DNA of 64,000 bases from a bacterium (GTDB lineage Bacteria > Patescibacteriota > Minisyncoccia > Phycocordibacterales > UBA6899), in contig JAJZQJ010000001.1 in NCBI GenBank assembly GCA_021851895.1, forward strand, positions 71,338-135,337, written 5' to 3'. A program made the position numbers and the translations under genes. Numbering within the stretch: the first letter of the stretch is position 1; each line of letters begins with the position of its first letter. Below the pieces are notes generated by a model, which was not told the DNA's origin, did no database searches, and saw nothing but the letters and a program-made list of their open reading frames with translations. Shown one piece after another: positions 49,226 through 60,231 of the stretch.

Positions 49226-49780
49226 ATGATGAAAGAAAAGCAGTTCAATATCATTGCGACCATCGTCATCGTTTTGATAGCCGTCGCGATAGCTATCGCC
49301 GCAATGATCTATGCACCCGAAGAAACTCCTCCGAAAAATGTAGCTCCGCAGGTGCAGCAGCCAGCGACCGCAGAGGGTACGAATGCGGTCATCTATACGA
49401 ACAATGATTTTCACTTCTCTGTAACACTTCCTCCAGAATGGAAGGGGTTCACTATCGTGAAAAATACATGGCTTGGACAAGCGATCGGCGATACTGGCGA
49501 CATCCCATTCACGAGTGGGCCACTCATCTCAGTAAGAGACCCGAGATGGACGAATGATGCACCAAGACAGGACATTCCGATCATGATCTTCACGCTCAAG
49601 CAATGGGATGAGATGAAAGCCGAACAATATCATATAGGGGCCGCACCCATTCCGCCGAGCGAGCTCGGGAGGAATGCTGACTACGTCTTTGCGCTCCCCG
49701 CAAGATATAATTTTGCTTTTCCCCCAGGATACGAAGAAGTACAGCGTATCATTGAGACAGGATCATTCCATGCATACTAA
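49226..49780 (+). CDS. Membrane-anchored hypothetical protein
   Basis: N-terminal TM, YTNNDFHFSVTLPPEW motif. Confidence 0.7.
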   Translation: MMKEKQFNIIATIVIVLIAVAIAIAAMIYAPEETPPKNVAPQVQQPATAEGTNAVIYTNNDFHFSVTLPPEWKGFTIVKNTWLGQAIGDTGDIPFTSGPLISVRDPRWTNDAPRQDIPIMIFTLKQWDEMKAEQYHIGAAPIPPSELGRNADYVFALPARYNFAFPPGYEEVQRIIETGSFHAY

Positions 49781-49788
49781 AAACAGAG

Positions 49789-50550
49789 CTACGCTCTGTT
49801 TTTTGCTATTCGGTCAACATAATAGAGCATCGCATCGCTCATGAACTGCGCGAGTCCAGGATGATACTTCTCATAATATGCAGTGAAACGCGGGTCAGTG
49901 ATATACATCTCAGCGAGACCTTTATAGATCTCAGCGTTTGGAGCATAGAAACGACCAAGATGCGCATAGTGCCTGCCAATAACGTCTTGAACTTCGCGCG
50001 AAGAGATATCACGACCATACAATTGCGCCATATCTTTGACGATTTCCTCGGCCTCCTCCTTCACCTCATCCATCTGCTCCTTCGTCATATTGCGCACACG
50101 TTTCATTGATTCTTTATATGCATCAGTCTCACCCCAGCGCTCTTTCGCCTCTCTACTGATACGCTTCGCCTCCTCTTTCGAGAAGCCATCATAAAGCTCT
50201 TCGTCTTTCATTTGTTTTCTTTTTGTTAATTTATCGACCGTCTCATCCAAGGTATGGATCAGCTTTTGCATACGTGCGCGCTCAGCAACAAGTGCATTAC
50301 GGTGGGCCGCAAGCGCATGCAAGAGATCGAACTCGCGATCGGAAAGTATCTTTTTAATTTGCCCAAGTGTGAATTCGAGTTCCCTATAAAAGAGTATCTG
50401 CTGAAGTCGCAGGAGTTCTTTTTCTCCGTATCTCCTGTAGCCATTGGCATGATCCCTCGGAGGAACAAGTATCCCGATCGCATCATAATGATGCAGTGTG
50501 CGTACACTTACCCCAGAGAGACGGGCGAGCGTGTGAATATCGTATTTCAT
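49789..50550 (-). CDS. MerR-family regulator with TipAS-like C-terminal domain (TipA/Mta type)
   Basis: LARLSGVSVRTLHHYDAIG, NGYRRY; EAKERWG, LAEMYITDPRF. Confidence 0.92.
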   Translation of the reverse strand: MKYDIHTLARLSGVSVRTLHHYDAIGILVPPRDHANGYRRYGEKELLRLQQILFYRELEFTLGQIKKILSDREFDLLHALAAHRNALVAERARMQKLIHTLDETVDKLTKRKQMKDEELYDGFSKEEAKRISREAKERWGETDAYKESMKRVRNMTKEQMDEVKEEAEEIVKDMAQLYGRDISSREVQDVIGRHYAHLGRFYAPNAEIYKGLAEMYITDPRFTAYYEKYHPGLAQFMSDAMLYYVDRIAKNRA

Positions 50551-50583
50551 AGTATATGGGATCGACCGTTTCCCCATCAGCAT

Positions 50584-50614
50584 AGCATAAAGTCTAACGT
50601 TACGTCAGGGTCAA
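50584..50614 (-). promoter_or_regulatory. MerR-type promoter with 19-bp spacer and dyad operator
   Basis: TTGACC-ctgacgtaacgttagactt-TATGCT; dyad ctgacgt-a-acgttag. Confidence 0.85.
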
Positions 50615-50643
50615 GGAGAACAAAAAACAGGGCTACCCCTGTT

Positions 50644-51843
50644 TTATGAACGAACGCCACACTGATCACAATGCATAAGTCCCTTATATCTATCTGCACC
50701 ACATGATGGGCACTTCTCCTTCACCTGGAATCCACAGACCGGACAGAAACGCATATCGTCGCGCAGGTGCATAGAACAATTCGGACACTTCATCGACTTC
50801 ATCGCACGAAGATATACCGCACGACCACTGAAGACCCTTTTTTGGATAAGATATACGATACCACCAAAGAGCAACGGCACCAATATCAAGAGAAGATACT
50901 GCACGATCGAAGCGAGGAACTTGAATTGTGCGAGGAATTTGAGAAGTACCTCAATGAATGCATGCGGGATGATATCGTAAATGAATACCGCAACCACTTG
51001 AGCGAAAAGCAGTACAAAGATCGTCGTCACCGCTGTCCATATGATCGCAGTAAACGATCGCTTCCCTTGTGCAATGAAATATCTTCGTAAAGCAAAGTAG
51101 AAGAGTGGAGTGATGAATAACAGCTCAAGTAGCGCGCGCAATGTATTTGCCCATGCAAGTGCGCTGTCATACCATGCAAATTCATCCTTCAAGGCATTCT
51201 GATGTGTGACCGCAATCGATGCGATCTGCGCGTCGATATCCTTTATTCGTGCCTCAAGCGGAGCAACCTTATCTGCGAGCAGCTTGCGCTGTTCTCTCGA
51301 AGCGAGTAGCGCCGATTGCACTCCACGTTGATCAGTGATCACGGGGGTCGGAACTCCCGCTTGCATCTCTTCCAGAGAAAGATTGTAATCCGATTTCGAG
51401 CTGCCAAGCTGCGCATCAATTGCAACAAGTGATGCGTTCAAGGTATCTAACTCTGATTGAACCACTCGGCGCTCGTCAAAAAGTGGCTTTACGGTGCCAA
51501 TGAGGGCACCCATGCCATGTGCGAGCTCATATGTCGTGAGTTTGCAATCTCGAAAAGTGTCGAAACCGTAATAGTAAAAACTCTTTGTAGACAATCCTCT
51601 CGTCTCGAGATCGAGTTGATCATGGAGTACAACAATGCAGGTCGACGGAGCCTCCGGTTGCTTGATATTCTCAGCGATCTTACGTATGAAACTTTGGCCC
51701 TGCCCGAAACCAACCATGACCATGATAACAAGAAGGATGTAACCAAGAACGGTCGTTCGCTTCTCGCCGATCTCAGGACCAACATGTTCATCGTTCGTCT
51801 CTGGAACTCGTGCGACTTTGCGCAAAAATGCAGATATATTCAT
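50644..51843 (-). CDS. Membrane protein with extracellular coiled coil and C-terminal double zinc ribbon
   Basis: About 4 TMs; CPNC, CPVC, CPSC, CDQC. Confidence 0.8.
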   Translation of the reverse strand: MNISAFLRKVARVPETNDEHVGPEIGEKRTTVLGYILLVIMVMVGFGQGQSFIRKIAENIKQPEAPSTCIVVLHDQLDLETRGLSTKSFYYYGFDTFRDCKLTTYELAHGMGALIGTVKPLFDERRVVQSELDTLNASLVAIDAQLGSSKSDYNLSLEEMQAGVPTPVITDQRGVQSALLASREQRKLLADKVAPLEARIKDIDAQIASIAVTHQNALKDEFAWYDSALAWANTLRALLELLFITPLFYFALRRYFIAQGKRSFTAIIWTAVTTIFVLLFAQVVAVFIYDIIPHAFIEVLLKFLAQFKFLASIVQYLLLILVPLLFGGIVYLIQKRVFSGRAVYLRAMKSMKCPNCSMHLRDDMRFCPVCGFQVKEKCPSCGADRYKGLMHCDQCGVRS

Positions 51844-51855
51844 AAATATAGTATA

Positions 51856-53064
51856 TCACGGCTGCATTACTGCATTCTCGGGAGTAGCAGGGTGTGGACC
51901 TCCAGAAAACATGAATAATATCGCAGCGATAAGTGCAAGTGTCGCGCCATAGAAAAATGTCCACTCCGAACCAAAATGCGTCCAGAGCAATCCACCAACC
52001 AGCGATGCAAGGAATGCAGCGATTCCCGTAAGCATGTAGTAAAACCCATATGCTGTTCCAAGCTGCTCAGCAGGAACGAGCGTCGCGATATATGATTTCG
52101 AAACGCCGTCAGTAAGTGCCATATAGCACCCATAGATAGGAAAGAGTATCCATATCAATAATCCCGACTGCGCAAGTGCAAACCCGGCATAGACGAGCGC
52201 GAAGATGATGAGACCGAGTATGAATACATTCTTCTGTCCAAGCTTATCGGAGATGACACCAGCAGGAAGAGAGAATGCCGCGTAAGTAATGTTATAAAGC
52301 ACATATGTAAGCACCGTGAGTACCAGCGAGAACTCGAGGCCTTTCGCACGAAGAATGAGAAATGCATCGGAACTATTTCCAAGTGCAAAAACAGTAGCAA
52401 TGAAAGAGAAGAAGAGAAACTTCCGTGGCAATGAGCGGATACGGAACCTCTTGAATCCCTCCTCTACGGGACCGCGCTGCTTTTCTTTGATGTAAACAAG
52501 CAAGAGAATGAGCGCTGTCGTCGTCGGCACAAGTGCAAGGAAAAAGAGCAGGCGATAATTATCCTGGTAGAAGTGCAGAAAGAGTACGGCAAGTAATGGA
52601 CCGAGAATAGCACCGATCGTGTCTGCTCCGCGATGAAAACCAAATGCACTCCCCATCTTTCCTTGTTCCACATTTTCAGCGATCAATGCGTCGCGCGCAC
52701 CCGTGCGTACTCCCTTGCCGATACGACTGGTCACTTTTCCCGCAAGCACCATATGCCACGTATTTGCGAGACCATAGAAAAGATTAGCTATCGTTCCAAG
52801 ACCATAGCCGAGGACGACGAAGATCTTGCGCTTACGAGAGAGATCGGAGAGTTTGCCAAGGAATCCTTTAAGTAAACTCGACACACCCTCGGCAACACCC
52901 TCAATGAGTCCAACGACCGATGCAGGAGCGCCGAGCATCGTCGTCAAAAAGATAGGAATGATCGGATAGAGCATTTCCGAGGCGATGTCATTGAATAAAC
53001 TCACCACGGAGAGGACAAAAACTGGCGGTGTCACACCGAATTTCTTTTCAAGATAATCTCGCAT
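51856..53064 (-). CDS. MFS transporter
   Basis: 12 TMs, GKLSDLSRKRK, GVISDKLGQK, RIGKGVRTGARDALI. Confidence 0.92.
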   Translation of the reverse strand: MRDYLEKKFGVTPPVFVLSVVSLFNDIASEMLYPIIPIFLTTMLGAPASVVGLIEGVAEGVSSLLKGFLGKLSDLSRKRKIFVVLGYGLGTIANLFYGLANTWHMVLAGKVTSRIGKGVRTGARDALIAENVEQGKMGSAFGFHRGADTIGAILGPLLAVLFLHFYQDNYRLLFFLALVPTTTALILLLVYIKEKQRGPVEEGFKRFRIRSLPRKFLFFSFIATVFALGNSSDAFLILRAKGLEFSLVLTVLTYVLYNITYAAFSLPAGVISDKLGQKNVFILGLIIFALVYAGFALAQSGLLIWILFPIYGCYMALTDGVSKSYIATLVPAEQLGTAYGFYYMLTGIAAFLASLVGGLLWTHFGSEWTFFYGATLALIAAILFMFSGGPHPATPENAVMQP

Positions 53065-53151
53065 ATCATCAAAGTATACCATTGCGGTAAAACACAAAAG
53101 AAATAAAAAATTACGGGGTCACTGAGTGACCCCGTAAGGGATTGCGGGAGG

Positions 53152-53898
53152 CTACTTCTTCTTGCCCCCCTTCTTGCCGCCCTCTTCCTGCTTCTTGCCG
53201 CCGCCGACCCCGATCTTGCCGGGGTACAGCGCGGCACGGCTCATCTGGTTGGCGCGCTGCCTGCTCTCGCGAGCCTTGCGCTCCTCGGCCTTATCGGCCT
53301 CGGACTCCGGGCCAGCGACGCGCCGGTAGAGCGTCAGCGGCTGATGGAGCTCAGGGTGGAACAGGACCAGCTGGCCGACGTTCTCGGCCTTGACGATGAA
53401 CCCGCAGCTGACCCACTCCTCATTGCTGAGGTGGTGCTTCAGCTCGGACTCGATGACCTCGCAGGTGGAGGTGATGATCGCGGGGACCTTCGTGCCGGTC
53501 GTCTTGATGGCGACGAGCACCTGGACCTTCTCGGTGAAGTAGGCCTTCGCCCCGAGGAGCACAGCCGCGCGCAGGAGCGCACTCATGCGCTTGCCGCGCT
53601 TCTCCACGTTGTCGGCCTTGAGGTTACCGAGGACGAAGTCGTGCTGCACGACGAGGAGCTTCTCGGGAATCTCCCGGGGCGCGTAGCGCGCCAGGTCCCT
53701 GAAGACGAACTCGGGGAGGAGGCCATTCTCGATGAAGAGATCGGCCGCCTCGGAGAACTTGTGCTCCTTGAGCAGCTCCTTGAGCGTCTTGATGTTGGCG
53801 TCGAACTTGTCCGGGCGCACGAACGACGGGGGCTTGGGCCCCTGCTTCTTGCTGGTCTTGTCGGTGGTGGCGGCCGGAGCCGAGGCCTGGGTGGCCAT
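53152..53898 (-). CDS. Hypothetical protein, strongly GC3-rich orphan
   Basis: 248-aa ORF with third codon positions almost all G/C; GAGGTG SD; TTGACA-16-TATTAT promoter; leader hairpin. Confidence 0.8.
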   Translation of the reverse strand: MATQASAPAATTDKTSKKQGPKPPSFVRPDKFDANIKTLKELLKEHKFSEAADLFIENGLLPEFVFRDLARYAPREIPEKLLVVQHDFVLGNLKADNVEKRGKRMSALLRAAVLLGAKAYFTEKVQVLVAIKTTGTKVPAIITSTCEVIESELKHHLSNEEWVSCGFIVKAENVGQLVLFHPELHQPLTLYRRVAGPESEADKAEERKARESRQRANQMSRAALYPGKIGVGGGKKQEEGGKKGGKKK

Positions 53899-54109
53899 AA
53901 TTGCACCTCGCTTTTAGAGGGTTTAGGAAATGTACATGCAACGGGCGTTCCCGTGGCATGTACATAATACCATAGATTGCAATTTTGTCAATACATCAAA
54001 TATATTGGTTTAATGTTCAGTTATATTGACAAATATAATATTTTATTGTATTATTACAATGGATAGCAAATATGCTTGGTCGATACCAAGCCTGCGCCAA
54101 GGAGCGCTC

Positions 54110-54439
54110 ATGACACAGAAACAGTTCTATCTTGCCTTCGGAGTGCTCGTAATCGCGGTGTGCCTCGCTGGCATCATCTTCGGCAACACCAAGCCCAACA
54201 CGACACCCGCCCCGGCCCCCTCCGTCGAGAAAATCGAGGAGAGCCTCAACGGGGTGCCAACCGGCGACTCCTACGTCCTCGTCATCTACACGATGAGTGG
54301 GACACCTGATACGGGCCTGCTGTTCCGGCAGAACAAGCGCCTCGAGGAGATGGGCTACAAGATGGATCCCAGCACTTTCAGAGTGTCTGAGGGGAACAGC
54401 CAGTGCGTCATGCACGCCGTCTATCACAAGATCAAGTAG
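54110..54439 (+). CDS. Hypothetical membrane-anchored protein, GC3-rich orphan
   Basis: AAGGAG 5 nt before ATG 54110; TTGACA-17-TATTAT; terminator aaagggcatccc-ac-gggatgcccttt. Confidence 0.75.
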   Translation: MTQKQFYLAFGVLVIAVCLAGIIFGNTKPNTTPAPAPSVEKIEESLNGVPTGDSYVLVIYTMSGTPDTGLLFRQNKRLEEMGYKMDPSTFRVSEGNSQCVMHAVYHKIK

Positions 54440-54486
54440 CGCGACCCAACACAAAAGGGCATCCCACGGGATGCCCTTTTTCATAT

Positions 54487-55398
54487 CTACTGTTTGACTG
54501 GAGCTGGCATATTACGCAATGCCGCGATACGCTCCACGGTCGGCGGATGCGTTGCAAAAAGTTTTGCGATGAAACGACCACTCCCTTCGAAGGGATTTGC
54601 GAAATAGAGTGTCGCGGTTGCAGAGTTCGCGGTCGTTGATTCTGCATGCAAACCTTCGATCTTCTCGAGCGCGGATGCAAGCCCCTCAGGGTAACGCGTG
54701 AGCAGTGCCCCCGAAGCGTCTGCAAGGAACTCACGCTTACGCGAGATCGCAAGTCGCATCATCGTCGCGAATAGCGGTGCGAGAATTGCAACAACAATAC
54801 CAAGAATGAGCATCAGACCATTTCCTCCCTCATTATCATTTCCACGACGTCGCCCACCCCAGAACATAGAGCGCAACATCCAGTCAGAAAGTATCGCGAT
54901 CATACCTGCAAGGACAACAGCGATAGTAGAGATCAGCGTGTCACGGTTCCCCACATGCGAGAGCTCGTGAGCAAGCACACCCTCAAGCTCAGAGCGATTC
55001 AAGATCTTCAGTAATCCTGTATGTACTGCGAGTGCAGCATGCTCAGGATTTCGCCCTGTTGCAAATGCATTCGGTGAGGGGTCTTCGACGATATAGACCT
55101 TTGGCATCGGAAGCCCAGCGGTGATCGAGAGATTCTCGACGATGTTCCAGAGCTCCGGAGCATCTTCTTTTTTCTCGATCAGCTGTGCATTGACCATACG
55201 CAACACGATCGAATCAGAGAACCAGAACGCACCAAAATTCATGATGATCGCAAGTACAACCGCAAAGACCAAAATCGCAGGATTGTCATTGACCTGCGCA
55301 AAAACCCAACCGACAGCGATCACTAAGCCAAAGAAACCCATGAGGAAAAACCATGTTTTCGAAATATTCTTCTCCTGTTGTGTATACAGAGTAGCCAT
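54487..55398 (-). CDS. htpX: Zinc metalloprotease HtpX (M48)
   Basis: PNAFATG, HELSH, SRKREFLAD, THPP; start at the ATG 6 nt after TATAAT. Confidence 0.94.
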   Translation of the reverse strand: MATLYTQQEKNISKTWFFLMGFFGLVIAVGWVFAQVNDNPAILVFAVVLAIIMNFGAFWFSDSIVLRMVNAQLIEKKEDAPELWNIVENLSITAGLPMPKVYIVEDPSPNAFATGRNPEHAALAVHTGLLKILNRSELEGVLAHELSHVGNRDTLISTIAVVLAGMIAILSDWMLRSMFWGGRRRGNDNEGGNGLMLILGIVVAILAPLFATMMRLAISRKREFLADASGALLTRYPEGLASALEKIEGLHAESTTANSATATLYFANPFEGSGRFIAKLFATHPPTVERIAALRNMPAPVKQ

Positions 55399-55552
55399 TG
55401 GGGCATTATAGCAGAAGCGCGGAAACAATGAAGCACCCTTCATTTTGGCTTCATGAATCGCATTGAAATAGAATCTGAATTGAATTTTCAAATATATGGA
55501 AACGAAAAACCGAAGATTTTGCGTTGAGTGTATTTAAAATATCCGCAAAGCA

Positions 55553-55678
55553 AAAACTGCAGAATTTGGATGAAATTCACCTCGTTGGAGACAAGAGAAC
55601 TCGAAGGAGATGGGCTCGGCGCCCATTGACTGAGTCTCTTGTCGAAGCGAGGTGAAGTTCGCCAAATTATGCAGTTTT
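55553..55678. repeat. 126-bp imperfect palindromic element (family copy 4) between lemA and htpX
   Basis: aaaactgca...tgcagtttt ends; loop motifs shared with 5623-5748. Confidence 0.82.
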
Positions 55679-55680
55679 AT

Positions 55681-56241
55681 CTAGAACTTAACAGCAACTG
55701 CATCATGCGCGGCATCTCCATCCGGAAGATCGAAATAATCCATCTTCTTGAAATTGAACATACCGGCAATGATGTTGCTTGGAAATGCCTGGAGTGCGAT
55801 CGAGAGATCACGGACGTTCGTATTATAGAAACGACGTGCTGCCTGGATCTTATTCTCCGTATCCGCAAGCTCACTTTGCAAACTGAGGAAATTCTGGTTT
55901 GCCTTGAGATCAGGGTAGGACTCAGAGAGCGCGAAGATCGACTTCAAGGCACCTGAAAGCCCTGCTTCTTGTGCACCTGCGGTCGCAGGATCATGACTGC
56001 CGCTCATCGCTGCATTGCGTAATTCGACGATCTTCGTAAGCGTCCCCTCTTCATGCTTCGAGTAGCCTTTTACGGTCTCAACAAGATTCGGGATAAGATC
56101 ATAACGGCGCTTGAGTTGAACTTCGATATCCTGCCAAGCTTCTTGCGCACGATTCACCATGCGGACCAAACGATTGTAGGTCGAGATGACAAAAAGCACG
56201 AGCACCACTAATACGATGATAAGTATATATGTAGTAGACAT
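55681..56241 (-). CDS. lemA: LemA family protein
   Basis: YNRLV, QLKRRYDLIPNLV, ESYPDLKANQNF, ARRFYN. Confidence 0.95.
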   Translation of the reverse strand: MSTTYILIIVLVVLVLFVISTYNRLVRMVNRAQEAWQDIEVQLKRRYDLIPNLVETVKGYSKHEEGTLTKIVELRNAAMSGSHDPATAGAQEAGLSGALKSIFALSESYPDLKANQNFLSLQSELADTENKIQAARRFYNTNVRDLSIALQAFPSNIIAGMFNFKKMDYFDLPDGDAAHDAVAVKF

Positions 56242-56389
56242 GCAGCAATTGTACCGTAATGCGAGCTTGTTGCAAGCGCACTCATGAATGAATGATGAGC
56301 GAAGACGCGCGAAAAAGCGTTGGCTTTACAGCGCTCGTATTTCATTATAACGTTAGTTTAGAACGCACCAACAAGTAAAGGGGGTAGAG

Positions 56390-56827
56390 ATGATCCCGAA
56401 GATCCGACCTATCGCCGTCATACTCAGCAGATTCGAGGACCCGAGACTCAATACTGGACATATCCAACTCATCGCCGGCGCACAAGCGCATGCAGAGTGT
56501 GTCTCGCTGAAGCAGGACATGCTCATCGTCATTTGCGTCCCCAGGATGAGCTCTCCTCGGGATGACCTGTTTTCATTCGAGACCCGAAAAGCAATGCTAT
56601 CGACGCAGCTCGAAGGGTTCCCTCTCGAGCACATCCTCGCGATCGAAGATCGAGCCAACAACGATCCAAGCGAGAACAGTCTCTGGTCGATGAACCTCGA
56701 TGAGCTGATCGCTCAGTATTCAAAAAATCGACCGGTTATCATCTATGGATCACAAGACTGCAGCGCCTTGTGTGGATCCTATACCGGAAGGTACAAAACG
56801 CATCACATCGAAACGACTGGTATTTAA
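56390..56827 (+). CDS. Cytidylyltransferase-like (NadM/NMNAT-like) domain protein with degenerate HxGH
   Basis: IAVILSRFEDPRLNTGH, FSFETRKAML, WSMNLD, IYGSQD; AAGGGG SD-like site. Confidence 0.6.
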   Translation: MIPKIRPIAVILSRFEDPRLNTGHIQLIAGAQAHAECVSLKQDMLIVICVPRMSSPRDDLFSFETRKAMLSTQLEGFPLEHILAIEDRANNDPSENSLWSMNLDELIAQYSKNRPVIIYGSQDCSALCGSYTGRYKTHHIETTGI

Positions 56828-56894
56828 GAAGCAACGGCTATGCGCCGAACAGCTCTTTCAAAAACCAAAAGGACGACGCTTCGTCGTCCTTTTT

Positions 56895-57551
56895 TTATAT
56901 AAAGAAAGGTATTTTCTTTGACTTTTTAAACACCTTTGCGGGTCGTCCTTTCTGAAACTTCCTTTCACGCTTCGTTGCCTTTATGGGCAACTCTTCGAGA
57001 AACTTATAGAAATTTCGTTTGTCGACCTCCTTGCCGAGCACGGCATCGAAAGCTGACTTGAGCTCACTTATCACGAATTCATTTTTCACGAAACTCAGCA
57101 TAACGCTCGAGATGAATGCATGCTCTCTGAGAAACTTTATCGCATCCGCCAGTATCGCATTGTGATCATATGCGAGCTTCACTTTTTCATTCAATGGTCT
57201 CCACATGAGACCATGATCTGTTTCTGCATCCGCGATGATGCCGATGTGTGCGAGTGAGACCACACGACCGCGAGGATCGCGATCGACCGCATCATAAAAA
57301 CCCATTCTGTAAACCTCAGGAAATACGTCGCGCATCGCGGACTTCTCCCTTACAATACGCTGTACCGCCTCGATCGCACTCTCCTTGGTATGCAAAATTC
57401 CTCCGAGGAGACCCGGAATGTCACTGAAATAAGGCGGCCTGTCGACAGGTAGGGTCGCATATTCTATGGTTCCATTCTTCATGCGCATCAAGACGACGTC
57501 GGTTGCCACGACTGCAAAACGCAGCGTGTCCTTAGTGTCGAGATCTGTCAT
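56895..57551 (-). CDS. NrtR-like Nudix-domain/winged-helix regulator
   Basis: DRDPRGRVVS, LAYDHNAIL, DKRNFYK, GRPAKVF. Confidence 0.82.
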   Translation of the reverse strand: MTDLDTKDTLRFAVVATDVVLMRMKNGTIEYATLPVDRPPYFSDIPGLLGGILHTKESAIEAVQRIVREKSAMRDVFPEVYRMGFYDAVDRDPRGRVVSLAHIGIIADAETDHGLMWRPLNEKVKLAYDHNAILADAIKFLREHAFISSVMLSFVKNEFVISELKSAFDAVLGKEVDKRNFYKFLEELPIKATKRERKFQKGRPAKVFKKSKKIPFFI

Positions 57552-57702
57552 GTTTCATTTATTCTTAGTGCACCTTTCGGCGCTCGTACCATTATAGCGC
57601 GCACGCATTTTCCCACAACGGCGCTTCAGCGATTCTTCATGAATCCGATTTTATACCCATAATTCGCCCTTTTCTAAGAGAAAAAGCGCCGTGGCGCTTT
57701 TT

Positions 57703-59367
<1,665 letters not shown>

Positions 59368-59374
59368 TTAAAGA

Positions 59375-59698
59375 TTACTTATCAATGATCGCATAGATAT
59401 TTGCTTCGCTGAGCAAAACATACTCGACGGCCTCAAGTGTGAGATCCTCGACATCGTAACCGCGTTTGAAATAGACCTCATCACCGACACGCACATCGAG
59501 CGCAACGCGCTCGCCATCATTATTGCGACGTCCATTCCCCACCGCGACAACTTTTCCTTTTTCGATCTTCTGCTCATCGTCCTTCTTGGAGAGAATGATT
59601 CCTGAGGCGGTCTTCTGCTCACCCTTCTTACTTTCAGGGAGAATGAGTACTCGATCGGCGAGTAATGAGATATTTAATGTATGCTTATCTTTTCTCAT
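59375..59698 (-). CDS. groES: Co-chaperonin GroES
   Basis: LADRVLI, TASGIIL, GKVVAVGNG, VGDEV. Confidence 0.95.
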   Translation of the reverse strand: MRKDKHTLNISLLADRVLILPESKKGEQKTASGIILSKKDDEQKIEKGKVVAVGNGRRNNDGERVALDVRVGDEVYFKRGYDVEDLTLEAVEYVLLSEANIYAIIDK

Positions 59699-59856
59699 AT
59701 GTGCAATATATACCTTATAGAAGGTGAGCGTATTATAGCCAGCACACCACTTCTAGGCAAGGGATATATGAGCGAACAAACAGCAGAAAACTGCATATTG
59801 ACTCCAGTAACATCTTGTGTAAGAGTATTGCAAGGAACAATGACAAGGAGCTCCTT

Positions 59857-60111
59857 ATGGCACCACTCGGAACCAGCGACCAGGTCAAGCAGTGCATCAT
59901 CTCCGGCACCGACACCGAGAAGCACCTGATGAAGGAGCTGCTCAGCGTCACCCAAAAGAACGGCGACGTACACCGCGCCCTCGTCTGCACCTCCTGCGGT
60001 GCGAGCGTCACCACCGTGACCGACAAGAACGGCCTCACGCTCAGCCCTGCTGTCCCGTTCGCCTGGGCCAAGTGCCTCGACGACGAGCGGGATCGCTGGA
60101 ATCGCCGTTAA
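59857..60111 (+). CDS. Small hypothetical protein with CxxC, GC3-rich orphan
   Basis: AAGGAG 6 nt before ATG; upstream TTGACT; CTSCG; terminator cccgcata-catgt-tatgcgggttttt. Confidence 0.7.
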   Translation: MAPLGTSDQVKQCIISGTDTEKHLMKELLSVTQKNGDVHRALVCTSCGASVTTVTDKNGLTLSPAVPFAWAKCLDDERDRWNRR

Positions 60112-60231
60112 CAAGGCCATCCACCCGCATACATGTTATGCGGGTTTTTCTGACCCCGAGAAGGTGGCGAGGGCTTTGGTAAGCCGATAGAGCACTTGCG
60201 AAATACCCCGTTCTATGTATAATAGGAGTAC

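Noticed and set aside
48465-54480. Integrase-driven island or prophage at tRNA-Ser
   Set aside because: No integrase, phage structural genes or distal direct repeat of the tRNA 3' end. The holin-family gene at 42449 is a common chromosomal type.
56330-57600. gcgctcgta..cattata similarity flanking the nadM-like/nrtR pair as att sites or operators
   Set aside because: Short, gapped and partly explained by -10 boxes; could be chance.
59700-59790. CIRCE element upstream of groES
   Set aside because: No TTAGCACTC-N9-GAGTGCTAA match; only a TTGCCT-17-TATAAT promoter.
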